Virus record (IMG/VR): IMGVR_UViG_3300033978_000437
Source of the DNA: a virus
DNA: 64,000 nt
Strand: one strand, 5' to 3'
The stretch's first letter is position 1; the number at the start of each line of letters is the position of its first letter. Of the stretch, positions 31,471 through 40,527 are shown in pieces. The translations under genes were made by a program, and so were the position numbers. The notes under the pieces are model-generated. The model ran no database searches, had not been told where the DNA came from, and was given only the letters and a program-made list of their open reading frames with translations.

Positions 31471-34394
31471 TTAAACTCAATATATTTAGAAGGTATCTTC
31501 CCCATAGGTGTAACAACTTGAGCATGCGGTACATCCGATGCGTAATACTTACCTTCTGTGTCCTTAAAGTCTTTCCACATGTCTTTCGGGTTTTGACCCC
31601 TAGTTAGCAATGCCTTAATTTCGTCCAATGATAATGTATGGTGCCGTTTATTTACAAATTCATTCCTACCTTTTTCGTCTAAGGCAGCATAAGTCGTGTC
31701 TGAGAATGGAATCAATTCGCTGCCTTCCATCTTTGTAGCGGGGTAGTCCCTCAATAGCTCACGTAATTTAATTACAGCCCTAGTTGTATCAAACTTCTTA
31801 ATTGGGTGCTTATCGTGGATTTTCTCAGCATCTATATCACCAAAGAAAGCAGAGGGGCCATTGTAGGAGTTTGTCCACGGAGACTTAGCTAATCTTGCAT
31901 CCCTTTCTTTAAGCCACCTGTCTGCATCTCCATCCGGTCTAGCTATATCTAACAAGTGCCTATTTTCAGGCTTTGCTAATTCGTTTCCTGATAACAGTCC
32001 ATGCTTTTTTACATGCTCGATAGAACCATTTGGAATGTAAGAGTATAAGTTCATTGGAGCAGCTGACTTTTCTTTAGCTGCTGCCAAGAAGCCCCTACCA
32101 CTCTTTAACGCCTTGAATAATCTCTGTTGTTGCTCCATAGGCATATCACTTAATGCCTCGGCTTCGCTACGAGTCCTTCTGGCAGGCATCATGCCCGCAT
32201 ACATGGGCCTAGTACCCAATAACTGCTCTGCTGCCCTACTTGGAACTGTACCAGTTAGCCCTCTTTTGTTCACTTGTAATCTAAACCTATCCGCAAGCTT
32301 CTGCTTAAAGGTGTCGTTAGGATCCATAAGCGGGTCAGCTGGGTCATACATGTTAGACATGCGATACGCCAAATGATGGATAGCATTAAGCCTCTCTGAG
32401 TCTTTGTTTGATAACTTCACTGGAGTTGAAGTCTGAGGAACAGTAGTAGGAGCAAAGGTTACAGGATGATTGGTCTTAGCCCTAATCCTTGCAGCTAGCT
32501 CTTTGAACACTTCTTTCCTTCTTGCCTCATCTCCATCGAAGGACAACTCCACATCGCCCGTGTCCTCGTTGTTGACTCCTAAGCCAGTTAGCCCACGCTC
32601 GTCTAATAAAGAGTGATACAACTTCCTAAGCCCAACACCTTGCACCTTATTACCTGAGGCGGTGAAGACTCCTGCACCTTTGGTTAAATTAGGTGGTAGT
32701 ATCTTTGAGTCGATCCAATCCATAAGCTGACCCGGCATAGCTTTAACCCGCCTTGGAATATCTCTAGGGAAGGAAAGAGTGTTGTGCACCCATTGTTCAG
32801 TTGGGGTGTATTTAGGTGCGTAAGCGCGAGCACGCCAAGGATCTGTAGCGAAGCTTATGGCCTCCCCAATCTGTCCTAAGGGAGTTCTACTCATAGCCGC
32901 ATTTGCATTCATTTCCATAAGAAAGTTACTCCTATTCGGAGCCACTTTACCTCTAACAGTAGTCCAACCAGATTCAGGTTTAATAGGAAATTTTGTGCCT
33001 GTGATCAAGGTATGCAGTGAGTTAAAGTTGTTGGGCAATTGAAATTGAAGACCATGCGTAAGTTCATGCCGCATGAATTTATTATTATTTGGAGTAAAAT
33101 TAACAATAGCATTAGTTCTTGGAAGATAATGAGCACCTGGAGGTGTATATATCTCGCCCCAAGGTGCATGTTTGAAATCAGCTGTTGCTTGATTTTTTGC
33201 TACAAATCCCGAATAAGTCCTCTGTAGCGGAGTTCCAGACATCTCAGTCGTTATCTTATCAAATACGCCTTCGGGAGTTTGATTCTCTGGGACCATTGTT
33301 TTAAATTGACTTCTCAATGCTTTAAAAGCTGGAGAGTTTTCACCCCTAACAGCAAAAGTCGGAATGTCACCTACCCCAGTTGACGGAACAACTGTCTTTA
33401 CCCTACCAGTAGCCCGCAACGCTTCTCTAACCGCAGGAAAGCCTGGGTAAAAAGTGTTCTTAACAAAGCTAGGAGTAATAGGACTTTTTATGAGAGTGCT
33501 CAATACTCGGTTAGCTATGTCTGCTATTCCGGCTTCTTTATCTAAATCAGCTGCTGATTTAAGAATCTCTGGTGGGAGCTGAGCACCTGCAGGCAGCGTA
33601 CCAGTCTGTAATAACTCCCGTCCTTTAGCTGTTGCGGGAAGTACTTGGCCGTCAAGTAAAACGGACTGCAGTTGGGATGGCTTTACTAGTGTTTCATATC
33701 TGTTTGAGGTATGATAGAAGAAAGGTTGAAACACTTCTGGGATTGGATTTTTTGGGGTAATAGAAGTCAATTGGTGTTTACGAATATGATTCTTTATCTT
33801 CATTGAATCTTGCCATGCCCTATAGGCATAATTTAACCCTCTAGTTGGATCAATTCTATCATGACCCATCAGCTGAGTTCGATCTCGTTCAAAGCCATAA
33901 TCAGGCATATATCTTTGATTTTTTGTTGTTCCATAAACACCAACTAAACTTTTAGGGCTGTAAACAGTGCCATCATAACTGTCAGGGGGAACATAGTTAG
34001 AACGTGGCCCTAACAGTCTTGGTTGCTTTATTCGACCATATGCCGCAGCAACGCCTTTAAATGGGGTAGCATGAAGATAATCAGTAGAATAACCTCCACG
34101 AGTCAAATCAGCTACATTCCCGCCACGAAATACTTGAGCAGGTTCTGCAGATCTTGAAAAACCTATAGTTGCACCTGCTGGGCCGCTAGGCAGGCTATCT
34201 AATGCCTTAGCAAACCCTTCTCCTGGTAATTTTATGCCTTGTTGCTTTGCTGCTAATTGCAATGCTCCAATTCGTGGATACTCTGCAACAACATCTTTAC
34301 CCAACAAAGCAGTTAAGCCTTGAACTGTACGCCAGCGTGACGCAGTCTTCTCCATCCGAGCAAGCATCAATCGCAGTTTAGGAATGTTAGCCAT
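31467..34394 (-). CDS. 975-aa multi-module putative virion polyprotein (ART-like, HExxH peptidase, acylphosphatase, ART-like)
   Basis: Modules start after EKTAS, LKSAA/DKEAG, TKGAG and EKSAA; VFRGG..HATPF..AAAYG; RHELTH..MEMNANA; GNKVQGVGLR..GVNNEDTGDVE; LYSYIP..HVKKHGLLS. Confidence 0.6.
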   Translation of the reverse strand: MANIPKLRLMLARMEKTASRWRTVQGLTALLGKDVVAEYPRIGALQLAAKQQGIKLPGEGFAKALDSLPSGPAGATIGFSRSAEPAQVFRGGNVADLTRGGYSTDYLHATPFKGVAAAYGRIKQPRLLGPRSNYVPPDSYDGTVYSPKSLVGVYGTTKNQRYMPDYGFERDRTQLMGHDRIDPTRGLNYAYRAWQDSMKIKNHIRKHQLTSITPKNPIPEVFQPFFYHTSNRYETLVKPSQLQSVLLDGQVLPATAKGRELLQTGTLPAGAQLPPEILKSAADLDKEAGIADIANRVLSTLIKSPITPSFVKNTFYPGFPAVREALRATGRVKTVVPSTGVGDIPTFAVRGENSPAFKALRSQFKTMVPENQTPEGVFDKITTEMSGTPLQRTYSGFVAKNQATADFKHAPWGEIYTPPGAHYLPRTNAIVNFTPNNNKFMRHELTHGLQFQLPNNFNSLHTLITGTKFPIKPESGWTTVRGKVAPNRSNFLMEMNANAAMSRTPLGQIGEAISFATDPWRARAYAPKYTPTEQWVHNTLSFPRDIPRRVKAMPGQLMDWIDSKILPPNLTKGAGVFTASGNKVQGVGLRKLYHSLLDERGLTGLGVNNEDTGDVELSFDGDEARRKEVFKELAARIRAKTNHPVTFAPTTVPQTSTPVKLSNKDSERLNAIHHLAYRMSNMYDPADPLMDPNDTFKQKLADRFRLQVNKRGLTGTVPSRAAEQLLGTRPMYAGMMPARRTRSEAEALSDMPMEQQQRLFKALKSGRGFLAAAKEKSAAPMNLYSYIPNGSIEHVKKHGLLSGNELAKPENRHLLDIARPDGDADRWLKERDARLAKSPWTNSYNGPSAFFGDIDAEKIHDKHPIKKFDTTRAVIKLRELLRDYPATKMEGSELIPFSDTTYAALDEKGRNEFVNKRHHTLSLDEIKALLTRGQNPKDMWKDFKDTEGKYYASDVPHAQVVTPMGKIPSKYIEFK

Positions 34395-34410
34395 GGTTAG
34401 TCTCGTTAAT

Positions 34411-35070
34411 TTAAAGTCTCTTTAGCACTTCACGCACCAACGGATGGCGAAGAGACTCACCCTCCGTAAAGGTGTGTGTGCATGCTGTGGGCATAGAGGA
34501 CAATCGCTGCATCACAGACAGTATATCACAAGGTGTGTTGTCAGGGTTGTGTGGTTTAACATCAGTTTGTTCGGGGTCACAGGAGATGAGTACCTTAGAG
34601 TTGTTACCCACCCTAGTCAAAAACATCTTAAGTTGGCTATAGGTTGCGTTTTGAGCCTCATCAAGGAACAATACAGTGTCTTCAAAGGTATCGCCCCGCA
34701 TATAGGCTAAGGGCTGAAACAACACAGCTTCCTCAGGCAACTTATAAGTTAAGCGTTTGATCAATCTTCGGATTGGATCGAAGTAAGGACTTATCTTCTC
34801 TTCCACGGTGCCTGGGAGGAATCCCAGAGTATCTCCAACCTCTACAATGGGCCTAACCACAAGGATCTGCTTCTTTTCACCAGCTAACAGCTCTTGCAGT
34901 GCACAGGCTAGGGCACAATGAGTTTTGCCGGTTCCAGCGGGTCCGGTGAGAAATATGAGGTCATGGGTGGGGTAATCTTTAGCAACTTTGATCTGAGTCG
35001 GGTTTGCAGGTTTGAAGTGGAACACAGTTTCTTGTAATGATGCAGTTGTATTAGGTTTCTTCTTGGCCAT
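34411..35070 (-). CDS. phoH: PhoH-like ATPase
   Basis: GPAGTGKT, LGFLPG, LAYMRGDTF, LDEAQN, DPEQTD, RHPLV. Confidence 0.95.
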   Translation of the reverse strand: MAKKKPNTTASLQETVFHFKPANPTQIKVAKDYPTHDLIFLTGPAGTGKTHCALACALQELLAGEKKQILVVRPIVEVGDTLGFLPGTVEEKISPYFDPIRRLIKRLTYKLPEEAVLFQPLAYMRGDTFEDTVLFLDEAQNATYSQLKMFLTRVGNNSKVLISCDPEQTDVKPHNPDNTPCDILSVMQRLSSMPTACTHTFTEGESLRHPLVREVLKRL

Positions 35071-35527
35071 GGTAAGACTCCTTGTTAAAGGTGAATTGTT
35101 TCCAAGGTCGGTATATTCGGTTTAAGTAATGGAAGCAGAGATAATCTTCACTAGCTTGCGTACACACAGGGCGGTACAGCAATACTTCAGTCTTAGGCAA
35201 CTGTACTAGTATGCAGTGCTCATGCCCTAGCATGCTGAACTTCTTAATCCAGTGGCATAACGACTTTCTTTGACCTGCTACTAGGTTCACAGATAAGCAG
35301 TTAAATTCCGGATTTAAGTTACAGTGCCAACCATTACACACTAGGTCAGATAGCCCCTTAGAGCTCATATCTTGAAGCGTAGCCTTCTGTCTACAACGAC
35401 TTATCTGCATTGATACAGGCCATGCTGTCAGATGCGGGGCTGAAGCGATATCGGGTAGGGCTTTGGCTGTTTTCATAGTGCGTCTCATAAGATATGAGTC
35501 TACCCAAGACATGCCTAAATAGTACAC
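35051..35527 (-). CDS. Hypothetical protein
   Basis: 158 aa ORF filling the gap; overlaps the phoH start by 20 nt; start uncertain. Confidence 0.4.
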   Translation of the reverse strand: MYYLGMSWVDSYLMRRTMKTAKALPDIASAPHLTAWPVSMQISRCRQKATLQDMSSKGLSDLVCNGWHCNLNPEFNCLSVNLVAGQRKSLCHWIKKFSMLGHEHCILVQLPKTEVLLYRPVCTQASEDYLCFHYLNRIYRPWKQFTFNKESYHGQEET

Positions 35528-35563
35528 AGCAGCATTACAAATATGATCAAAGTTATTAATATT

Positions 35564-35592
35564 ATCGCCAGCCTACAATATAGACTGGCGAT
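35564..35592 (-). terminator. 12-bp hairpin downstream of the cytochrome-like gene
   Basis: Minus strand ATCGCCAGTCTA-TATTG-TAGGCTGGCGAT (one G-U); no U tract. Confidence 0.4.
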
Positions 35593-35625
35593 GCTTCCAT
35601 ATCTCAGCCTAACAGAGATATAGTG

Positions 35626-36333
35626 CTATTTTTTAGGTATCAGACTGATTGGGGTCAGCGAGAACACTGTGTCGCCACCACGGATCCTAATACCATAGCC
35701 ATCTTGGCTACCAGTCTTACCGTGACAGGACATACAGGACTGCCCCGCACCAGTGAAACCACTAGGGGCGCAATCAACATCGGTGAATATTACTTTGGAT
35801 GTCCATTCATCTTCACCTACCTTCTCTCGCTTACGCACCTCAAAGGTTTGTTTCTTGTGCGTTAGCATGTCAATGAAGATAGAACCCTTGGGCCAACCCC
35901 ACTTGTGCATGGGTAATGCCCTTCTTGCCCCTGCATCCACATGTTCAATGTAGAGGTTTACTTCCGCATCCTTGGGGAACGAGACTCCCACATAGGATAC
36001 AAAGTCGGCTAGATCATCTGTACCACCCGAGGTTGCCCAAGGGAACTTGCGGTTAGGATTAGTTTCCCTTGCAATGCTGTCATCTTGGCTGGTAGGTACC
36101 CAGACATGGTGATCCAGTCCATTGGTGATGGTGAGTCGCTGGCTGTAGTTAGATCGGTTGTAGAAGTGTAGCCTGTCGGGGAATGCTAATCCCTTGGGCC
36201 ACATCTTATGGATCCTTTGTTGTTCCGCTAAGGATAAGTATTGATCTTGGCCCGCATTGGGGAAAGAAACTGCTCCCTGCAGGGGCAGTGCAATTAAAAC
36301 AAATACGCAATTAAACATGAGAATTCCTTTCAA
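35626..36333 (-). CDS. Exported protein with a single CxxCH heme-binding motif (c-type cytochrome-like)
   Basis: Signal peptide MFNCVFVLIALPLQGA; QSCMSCHGKTG near the C terminus. Confidence 0.6.
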   Translation of the reverse strand: MKGILMFNCVFVLIALPLQGAVSFPNAGQDQYLSLAEQQRIHKMWPKGLAFPDRLHFYNRSNYSQRLTITNGLDHHVWVPTSQDDSIARETNPNRKFPWATSGGTDDLADFVSYVGVSFPKDAEVNLYIEHVDAGARRALPMHKWGWPKGSIFIDMLTHKKQTFEVRKREKVGEDEWTSKVIFTDVDCAPSGFTGAGQSCMSCHGKTGSQDGYGIRIRGGDTVFSLTPISLIPKK

Positions 36334-36347
36334 GAGAGTTTATAACA

Positions 36348-36698
36348 TCAACTAATGTCTTTTCTAAAGCCTTTGGTTATCGGTTCCACCTCTCGATCTA
36401 TCCATAGGACATGTACAGTAACACTACGAAGATTGGGCCATTCCAGCTTCTCGAAGACAAAGCCTTCCTTACGGAGCTTTTCCATGTCTTCCTCTACAGC
36501 TTCCATCGCTCCAACTGAGCATTCCTTGGAAGTGTTTCGCCTAGCGAATCGGGCAGCAAGCTCTTGGCTCGCAAATGTAGGGACAGTCGGTTGATCCTCC
36601 TTCTGGTACACCAGCAGAGGACATACACGATTGTTGCGAAGTTCATTTAGAAATTCAGATTTGTTTAATTCACCACCATCCGATAGTGCGAACCACAT
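36348..36698 (-). CDS. Hypothetical protein
   Basis: 116 aa, SD AAGGA, preceded by the dyad motif. Confidence 0.7.
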   Translation of the reverse strand: MWFALSDGGELNKSEFLNELRNNRVCPLLVYQKEDQPTVPTFASQELAARFARRNTSKECSVGAMEAVEEDMEKLRKEGFVFEKLEWPNLRSVTVHVLWIDREVEPITKGFRKDIS

Positions 36699-36715
36699 AC
36701 ATGCATCCTTGCAAG

Positions 36716-36733
36716 TTAAAATCCGGATTTGAA
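36716..36733 (-). promoter_or_regulatory. Dyad motif copy 3 (TTCAAATCCGGATTTTAA)
   Basis: Intergenic, 17 nt upstream of ATG 36698. Confidence 0.5.
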
Positions 36734-36744
36734 ACTAAGTTTCA

Positions 36745-37083
36745 TCACTTAATAAAAACCGGTTTATCGGGCATGCCACGTTTCTGCACCTGTTGCTCTA
36801 GCTGGTGTGCTAGATCTCCCAAGGTTTGGTGCATGCCATTGTCTAATATAGCTTTGTCTATGCCCCAGCGATCTTCAATCACGAACCATAGCTCCATAGA
36901 GCTAAGACTGTCTATTCCTAACGAATGGAAGGTATCGGTAGCTCGAATGCGGTCCGCAGCTATGTCCAAATGCTCCGCCACGATGTCCACTAAATTGCCG
37001 TATAAGTTAGCCATTAGCTCGTCCTTTCTCCATCTATTCTGATATCCGTCACAATATCGGCCTATTTCAAGGGTATTAGCCAA
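36745..37083 (-). CDS. acpP: Acyl carrier protein (likely start 37014)
   Basis: DTFHSLGIDSLSSMELWFVIEDRWGI with the phosphopantetheine DSL serine; ATG 37014 follows AAGGA. Confidence 0.85.
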   Translation of the reverse strand: MANTLEIGRYCDGYQNRWRKDELMANLYGNLVDIVAEHLDIAADRIRATDTFHSLGIDSLSSMELWFVIEDRWGIDKAILDNGMHQTLGDLAHQLEQQVQKRGMPDKPVFIK

Positions 37084-37111
37084 ATAAGGGTGTTCGATAT
37101 TGTAATTTATG

Positions 37112-37684
37112 TCAAGTGCCTTTTCTAACTAACCAGCTAGTATCATTGAAAACAACATCTGGCTCCCCATAGATCTCATTCACAGCCTTATCGACATACC
37201 CTACCCAGCCACCACCATAATCATGCCCAGCTACAAACCCACCTTTACGAACTAAATCCCTATAGTTCAATATGTCTTTCTTCACTTGTTCATACTGGTG
37301 CATGCCATCTATATACACAACATCAAAGCAGTGCACTACTGGGTTATTCATTAACTCTTGGATCGCATCATCAGACTTCTTTTTTATTAGTTCGTAATTA
37401 TTGTATCTACCCATTCTCGCACAGAATTCAACGTAAATGGCAGACATGGGCACACCCTCACTACAGACTCTATCACTACCATCGTAGTCGTCTAAAAAAG
37501 GATCAACAGTAACTACAGTTTTGAAGTTTTGGCAGAAGATAGCGGTGGATTCACCTGTGTAAGCACCTATCTCCAATAACCTCATGTTTTTGATTGGGGA
37601 CCTTTTATCTATATACGCTATCATGTCCCTCAAACCTTGCTCATACTGGCCCACTCTCATTTGAATAATGCTAGATACGATCAT
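37112..37684 (-). CDS. Class I SAM methyltransferase (Methyltransf_24-like)
   Basis: LLEIGAYTGEST, FDVVYIDGMHQYEQVKKDI, GGFVAGHDY. Confidence 0.9.
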   Translation of the reverse strand: MIVSSIIQMRVGQYEQGLRDMIAYIDKRSPIKNMRLLEIGAYTGESTAIFCQNFKTVVTVDPFLDDYDGSDRVCSEGVPMSAIYVEFCARMGRYNNYELIKKKSDDAIQELMNNPVVHCFDVVYIDGMHQYEQVKKDILNYRDLVRKGGFVAGHDYGGGWVGYVDKAVNEIYGEPDVVFNDTSWLVRKGT

Positions 37685-37685
37685 G

Positions 37686-38228
37686 TTATTCCTTTTCAGT
37701 TTTTCTTACTAACCAGCTTGCGTCTCTGAATCTCATTTGAGGCTTACCCAAGCACTCATTAACTGCTTGTTCTACGCCCGGCCAGCCATCTTCATAATCA
37801 TGCCCAGTAATAAAGCCATTCGGTTTTACTAGCTTTTGATAGTTTAATATGTCTTTCTTTACATAGTCATAATCATGATTACCATCTATGTACACCACAT
37901 CGAACTGTCGATTTGCTAACTCTTCAAAAGCATCATTAGAGGTTTTTCGTATTAAATTATGGTTAGCATAGGGCTTCATCCTAAAACAGAATGCACCATG
38001 AACCTCATTGCCATCAGCAAATTTGGAATCAACTATATTGTGAGGATCTACAGCGGTAACACTTTCAAAGTGCTGGCAGAAGACTGAAGTGGATTCTCCA
38101 GTATATGACCCTATCTCAAGTAGTCTCATGCTTTTAGTTGGATATATGTTATTTATGTAGCTTATAAGGTCTAACAGCCCTTGCGTTAGGTTCTTGTCAC
38201 CACGCATTGACCTATATTTAGCACCCAT
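37686..38228 (-). CDS. Class I SAM methyltransferase (Methyltransf_24-like), tandem paralog
   Basis: LLEIGSYTGEST, FDVVYIDGNHDYDYVKKDI, NGFITGHDY. Confidence 0.9.
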   Translation of the reverse strand: MGAKYRSMRGDKNLTQGLLDLISYINNIYPTKSMRLLEIGSYTGESTSVFCQHFESVTAVDPHNIVDSKFADGNEVHGAFCFRMKPYANHNLIRKTSNDAFEELANRQFDVVYIDGNHDYDYVKKDILNYQKLVKPNGFITGHDYEDGWPGVEQAVNECLGKPQMRFRDASWLVRKTEKE

Positions 38229-38250
38229 TTTGTAATTCCTTTGTGAGTTA

Positions 38251-38285
38251 AAACAGCGGGTTGAATCCTTTCATTCCCGCCGTTA
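38251..38285 (-). terminator. Intrinsic terminator
   Basis: Minus strand AACGGCGGG-AATGAAAGGATTCAA-CCCGCTGTT followed by TTAAC. Confidence 0.55.
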
Positions 38286-38298
38286 ATAAGGCAAAATA

Positions 38299-38604
38299 CT
38301 AAGTATTAAAGATAGCAATCGATGAATCTGGGCTCGACATTGTACCCGCTACGGCTTTAGTTGCAGTTACATCTGGACTGATTTTAAGTCTTTGTCCATT
38401 TGACAACATGATGCCATAGTTGTTACTTACACTGAACACTTCTACTGGTCTCTTTTCTGACAATAGCTTCTTTGCCCAATCAAGGAACTTATCAGAGTCA
38501 TCAGAAATACTTGTAGGTATCTCATATGCCTTACGATACTCTGTTTCCAAATAACTGAGCAAGTCTACCAATTCTCCAGACATCTTGCTTATAGTACTAT
38601 TCAT
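38299..38604 (-). CDS. Hypothetical protein
   Basis: 101 aa directly after the tubulin gene; SD AAAGGA. Confidence 0.7.
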   Translation of the reverse strand: MNSTISKMSGELVDLLSYLETEYRKAYEIPTSISDDSDKFLDWAKKLLSEKRPVEVFSVSNNYGIMLSNGQRLKISPDVTATKAVAGTMSSPDSSIAIFNT

Positions 38605-38616
38605 ATCAATCCTTTC

Positions 38617-39912
38617 TTAATCATTCACACCGAGGAACTGAGCTAACCCACTGGTCAGCTGACTTTTAGAAATGTTAGCTTCTTTTGCCAACTTAGCCAA
38701 GGTAGGCAAGGGTGGCTTAAGATCACTAATCATAGCATAGGCTTGTAAACCGGGCGATGAGCCAATGTACACACCCCTATGCACTACACTAGTACCACCC
38801 TTCAATGTACGATTCATTTGCGTGAACCCTGCATCGAAGTATTCCAAACCAAGGTTGTCTAAGTGGTTTTGATCTCCCACAAACAGACAAGCACCCTTAG
38901 TTCCTTGCTTCAGATCTACTTCAGCTAACACATTGTTAGTGAGCTGATCTCTAATCGCTGCAGAAATGTCTGCAGGACTTGTAATGTTTTGTAAGCTAGC
39001 TGCACCCATCACACAAATACCATGATCCAGCAACTGAGCTAGCTCACTGCGATCAAAGGTGATTAAAGGGCTATGTACCGCAGCCAATTGGTTAAACAAA
39101 TGGAATAGCTGACTGACTGTGCTATTAGCCACATTGTACAGCTGTGCCATGCCTGGGCGGTACAATTGGTTAATGCGGGCATTGTCAATCAAGATTAATG
39201 GGCTTACTTTGAGCTCCATTAGTCTTTGGAAAGATGTAACTGCATTACGACATACTTGCTGACCTTCCGTAAAAGCCGGAATTGAAGCTATCACTCCAAC
39301 TCGAGGTGGCTTGCCCTTAGACTCTAAGTACTCTCTAGCCACTTGCACCAGCTTACCACTAGTACCAGAGCCAGTACCACCACCTAAACCTACACAGATT
39401 AGGCCATAGTCCACATCGTTGCCCCACGAGCGTTGCAACAGATCCCAGATTTCCTCTTCGTGTCCATTTATTGCTTGTTCCGCAAACCTCGCATCTTTTG
39501 CAGCTCCACCCAATTGCAGCGTATGTCGCTGAATCTCATCGGGTAATCCTTGGAAGTCGCTCTCTGCGGTGTTGAATAAGGCCACTCGTCTATAGCCTAA
39601 AGACCAGAAGCTGGAGGCTAAGCGAGCACCGCCCTGCCCAGACCCCAGAAATGCCATGTTAAATGCGACATCATAAGGAAAGGCATCGTTTACCACTACT
39701 TGGGTTGCCGCTTGCTTATGGGCAGCAGGATTCAATGCTGCAGCGATGTTACCTATGTGCACAACGCCGGGGGCTGCAACTGGAGGTGCGATTGAAGGTG
39801 TGGCGACAGGGGCAACTGGGGCAGCAATGGGAGGGGTGGCAATGGGGATGCCCGATGCCTTGCTCAACGATGCCTTCATTTGCTGCTCAATCGAACCATC
39901 TGAATTACTCAT
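38617..39912 (-). CDS. Tubulin/FtsZ-family GTPase (PhuZ/TubZ-like)
   Basis: FLGSGQGGARLA (G1), FNTAESD, GGAAKD, GLGGGTGSGT signature, LIDN, DRSEL; Pro/Ala-rich N-terminal extension. Confidence 0.9.
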   Translation of the reverse strand: MSNSDGSIEQQMKASLSKASGIPIATPPIAAPVAPVATPSIAPPVAAPGVVHIGNIAAALNPAAHKQAATQVVVNDAFPYDVAFNMAFLGSGQGGARLASSFWSLGYRRVALFNTAESDFQGLPDEIQRHTLQLGGAAKDARFAEQAINGHEEEIWDLLQRSWGNDVDYGLICVGLGGGTGSGTSGKLVQVAREYLESKGKPPRVGVIASIPAFTEGQQVCRNAVTSFQRLMELKVSPLILIDNARINQLYRPGMAQLYNVANSTVSQLFHLFNQLAAVHSPLITFDRSELAQLLDHGICVMGAASLQNITSPADISAAIRDQLTNNVLAEVDLKQGTKGACLFVGDQNHLDNLGLEYFDAGFTQMNRTLKGGTSVVHRGVYIGSSPGLQAYAMISDLKPPLPTLAKLAKEANISKSQLTSGLAQFLGVND

Positions 39913-39936
39913 TGCGTTATCCTTGTTTTAAAAACA

Positions 39937-40527
39937 TTAAATAGAAGTTAGAAACTTATCTAAATTCTCAAACTGATTGTCTTTAACTTCAGAGTTTGTC
40001 ATTGTGAAAACTTTATTAAACAATTTCAAGTGCGTATTGTACCTCTTACGGTAACAATTGCAGATAGATTTTATGTAATCAGGATTAAACGAACCCTTGG
40101 TCCAACGTGTAATCATAGCTGCATCTTCAGCCTCTGTTGCTTGTACATCTATTACAATATTAGTTATATTAACCCACAAATCTAAAAATGGAGCCATTGT
40201 TGTGCCCGAGATAACTGCAGGACTATTGAATTTAGCAATAAACTCAGCTGGGCCAGGAAATGGAGTAGGGTAATAAAGAGGAATCTGATCACTTAAACAA
40301 CTAACTCCATGGTTTTCACAAATATCTTCATGAATCCTCTGTGACTCGTAATTTTGAAAATCATGTTCAAAATAAAAATTAACATGTGGCATTTCTATGT
40401 CTTGATTAGGCCACAACACTGCCCAGCCAAAATTGTATAATCTTCTAGCTACTTGGTTTACCCAAGCTCCGGGAGTACCCGCTACCAACACATGCTTGGT
40501 TACACAAACTCGTTGCAAATGAACCAT
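39937..40527 (-). CDS. Degenerate sulfotransferase/P-loop-like protein
   Basis: HVLVAGTPGAWVNQVARRLYNFG resembles the N terminus of small sulfotransferases, but the PAPS loop is altered. Confidence 0.35.
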   Translation of the reverse strand: MVHLQRVCVTKHVLVAGTPGAWVNQVARRLYNFGWAVLWPNQDIEMPHVNFYFEHDFQNYESQRIHEDICENHGVSCLSDQIPLYYPTPFPGPAEFIAKFNSPAVISGTTMAPFLDLWVNITNIVIDVQATEAEDAAMITRWTKGSFNPDYIKSICNCYRKRYNTHLKLFNKVFTMTNSEVKDNQFENLDKFLTSI

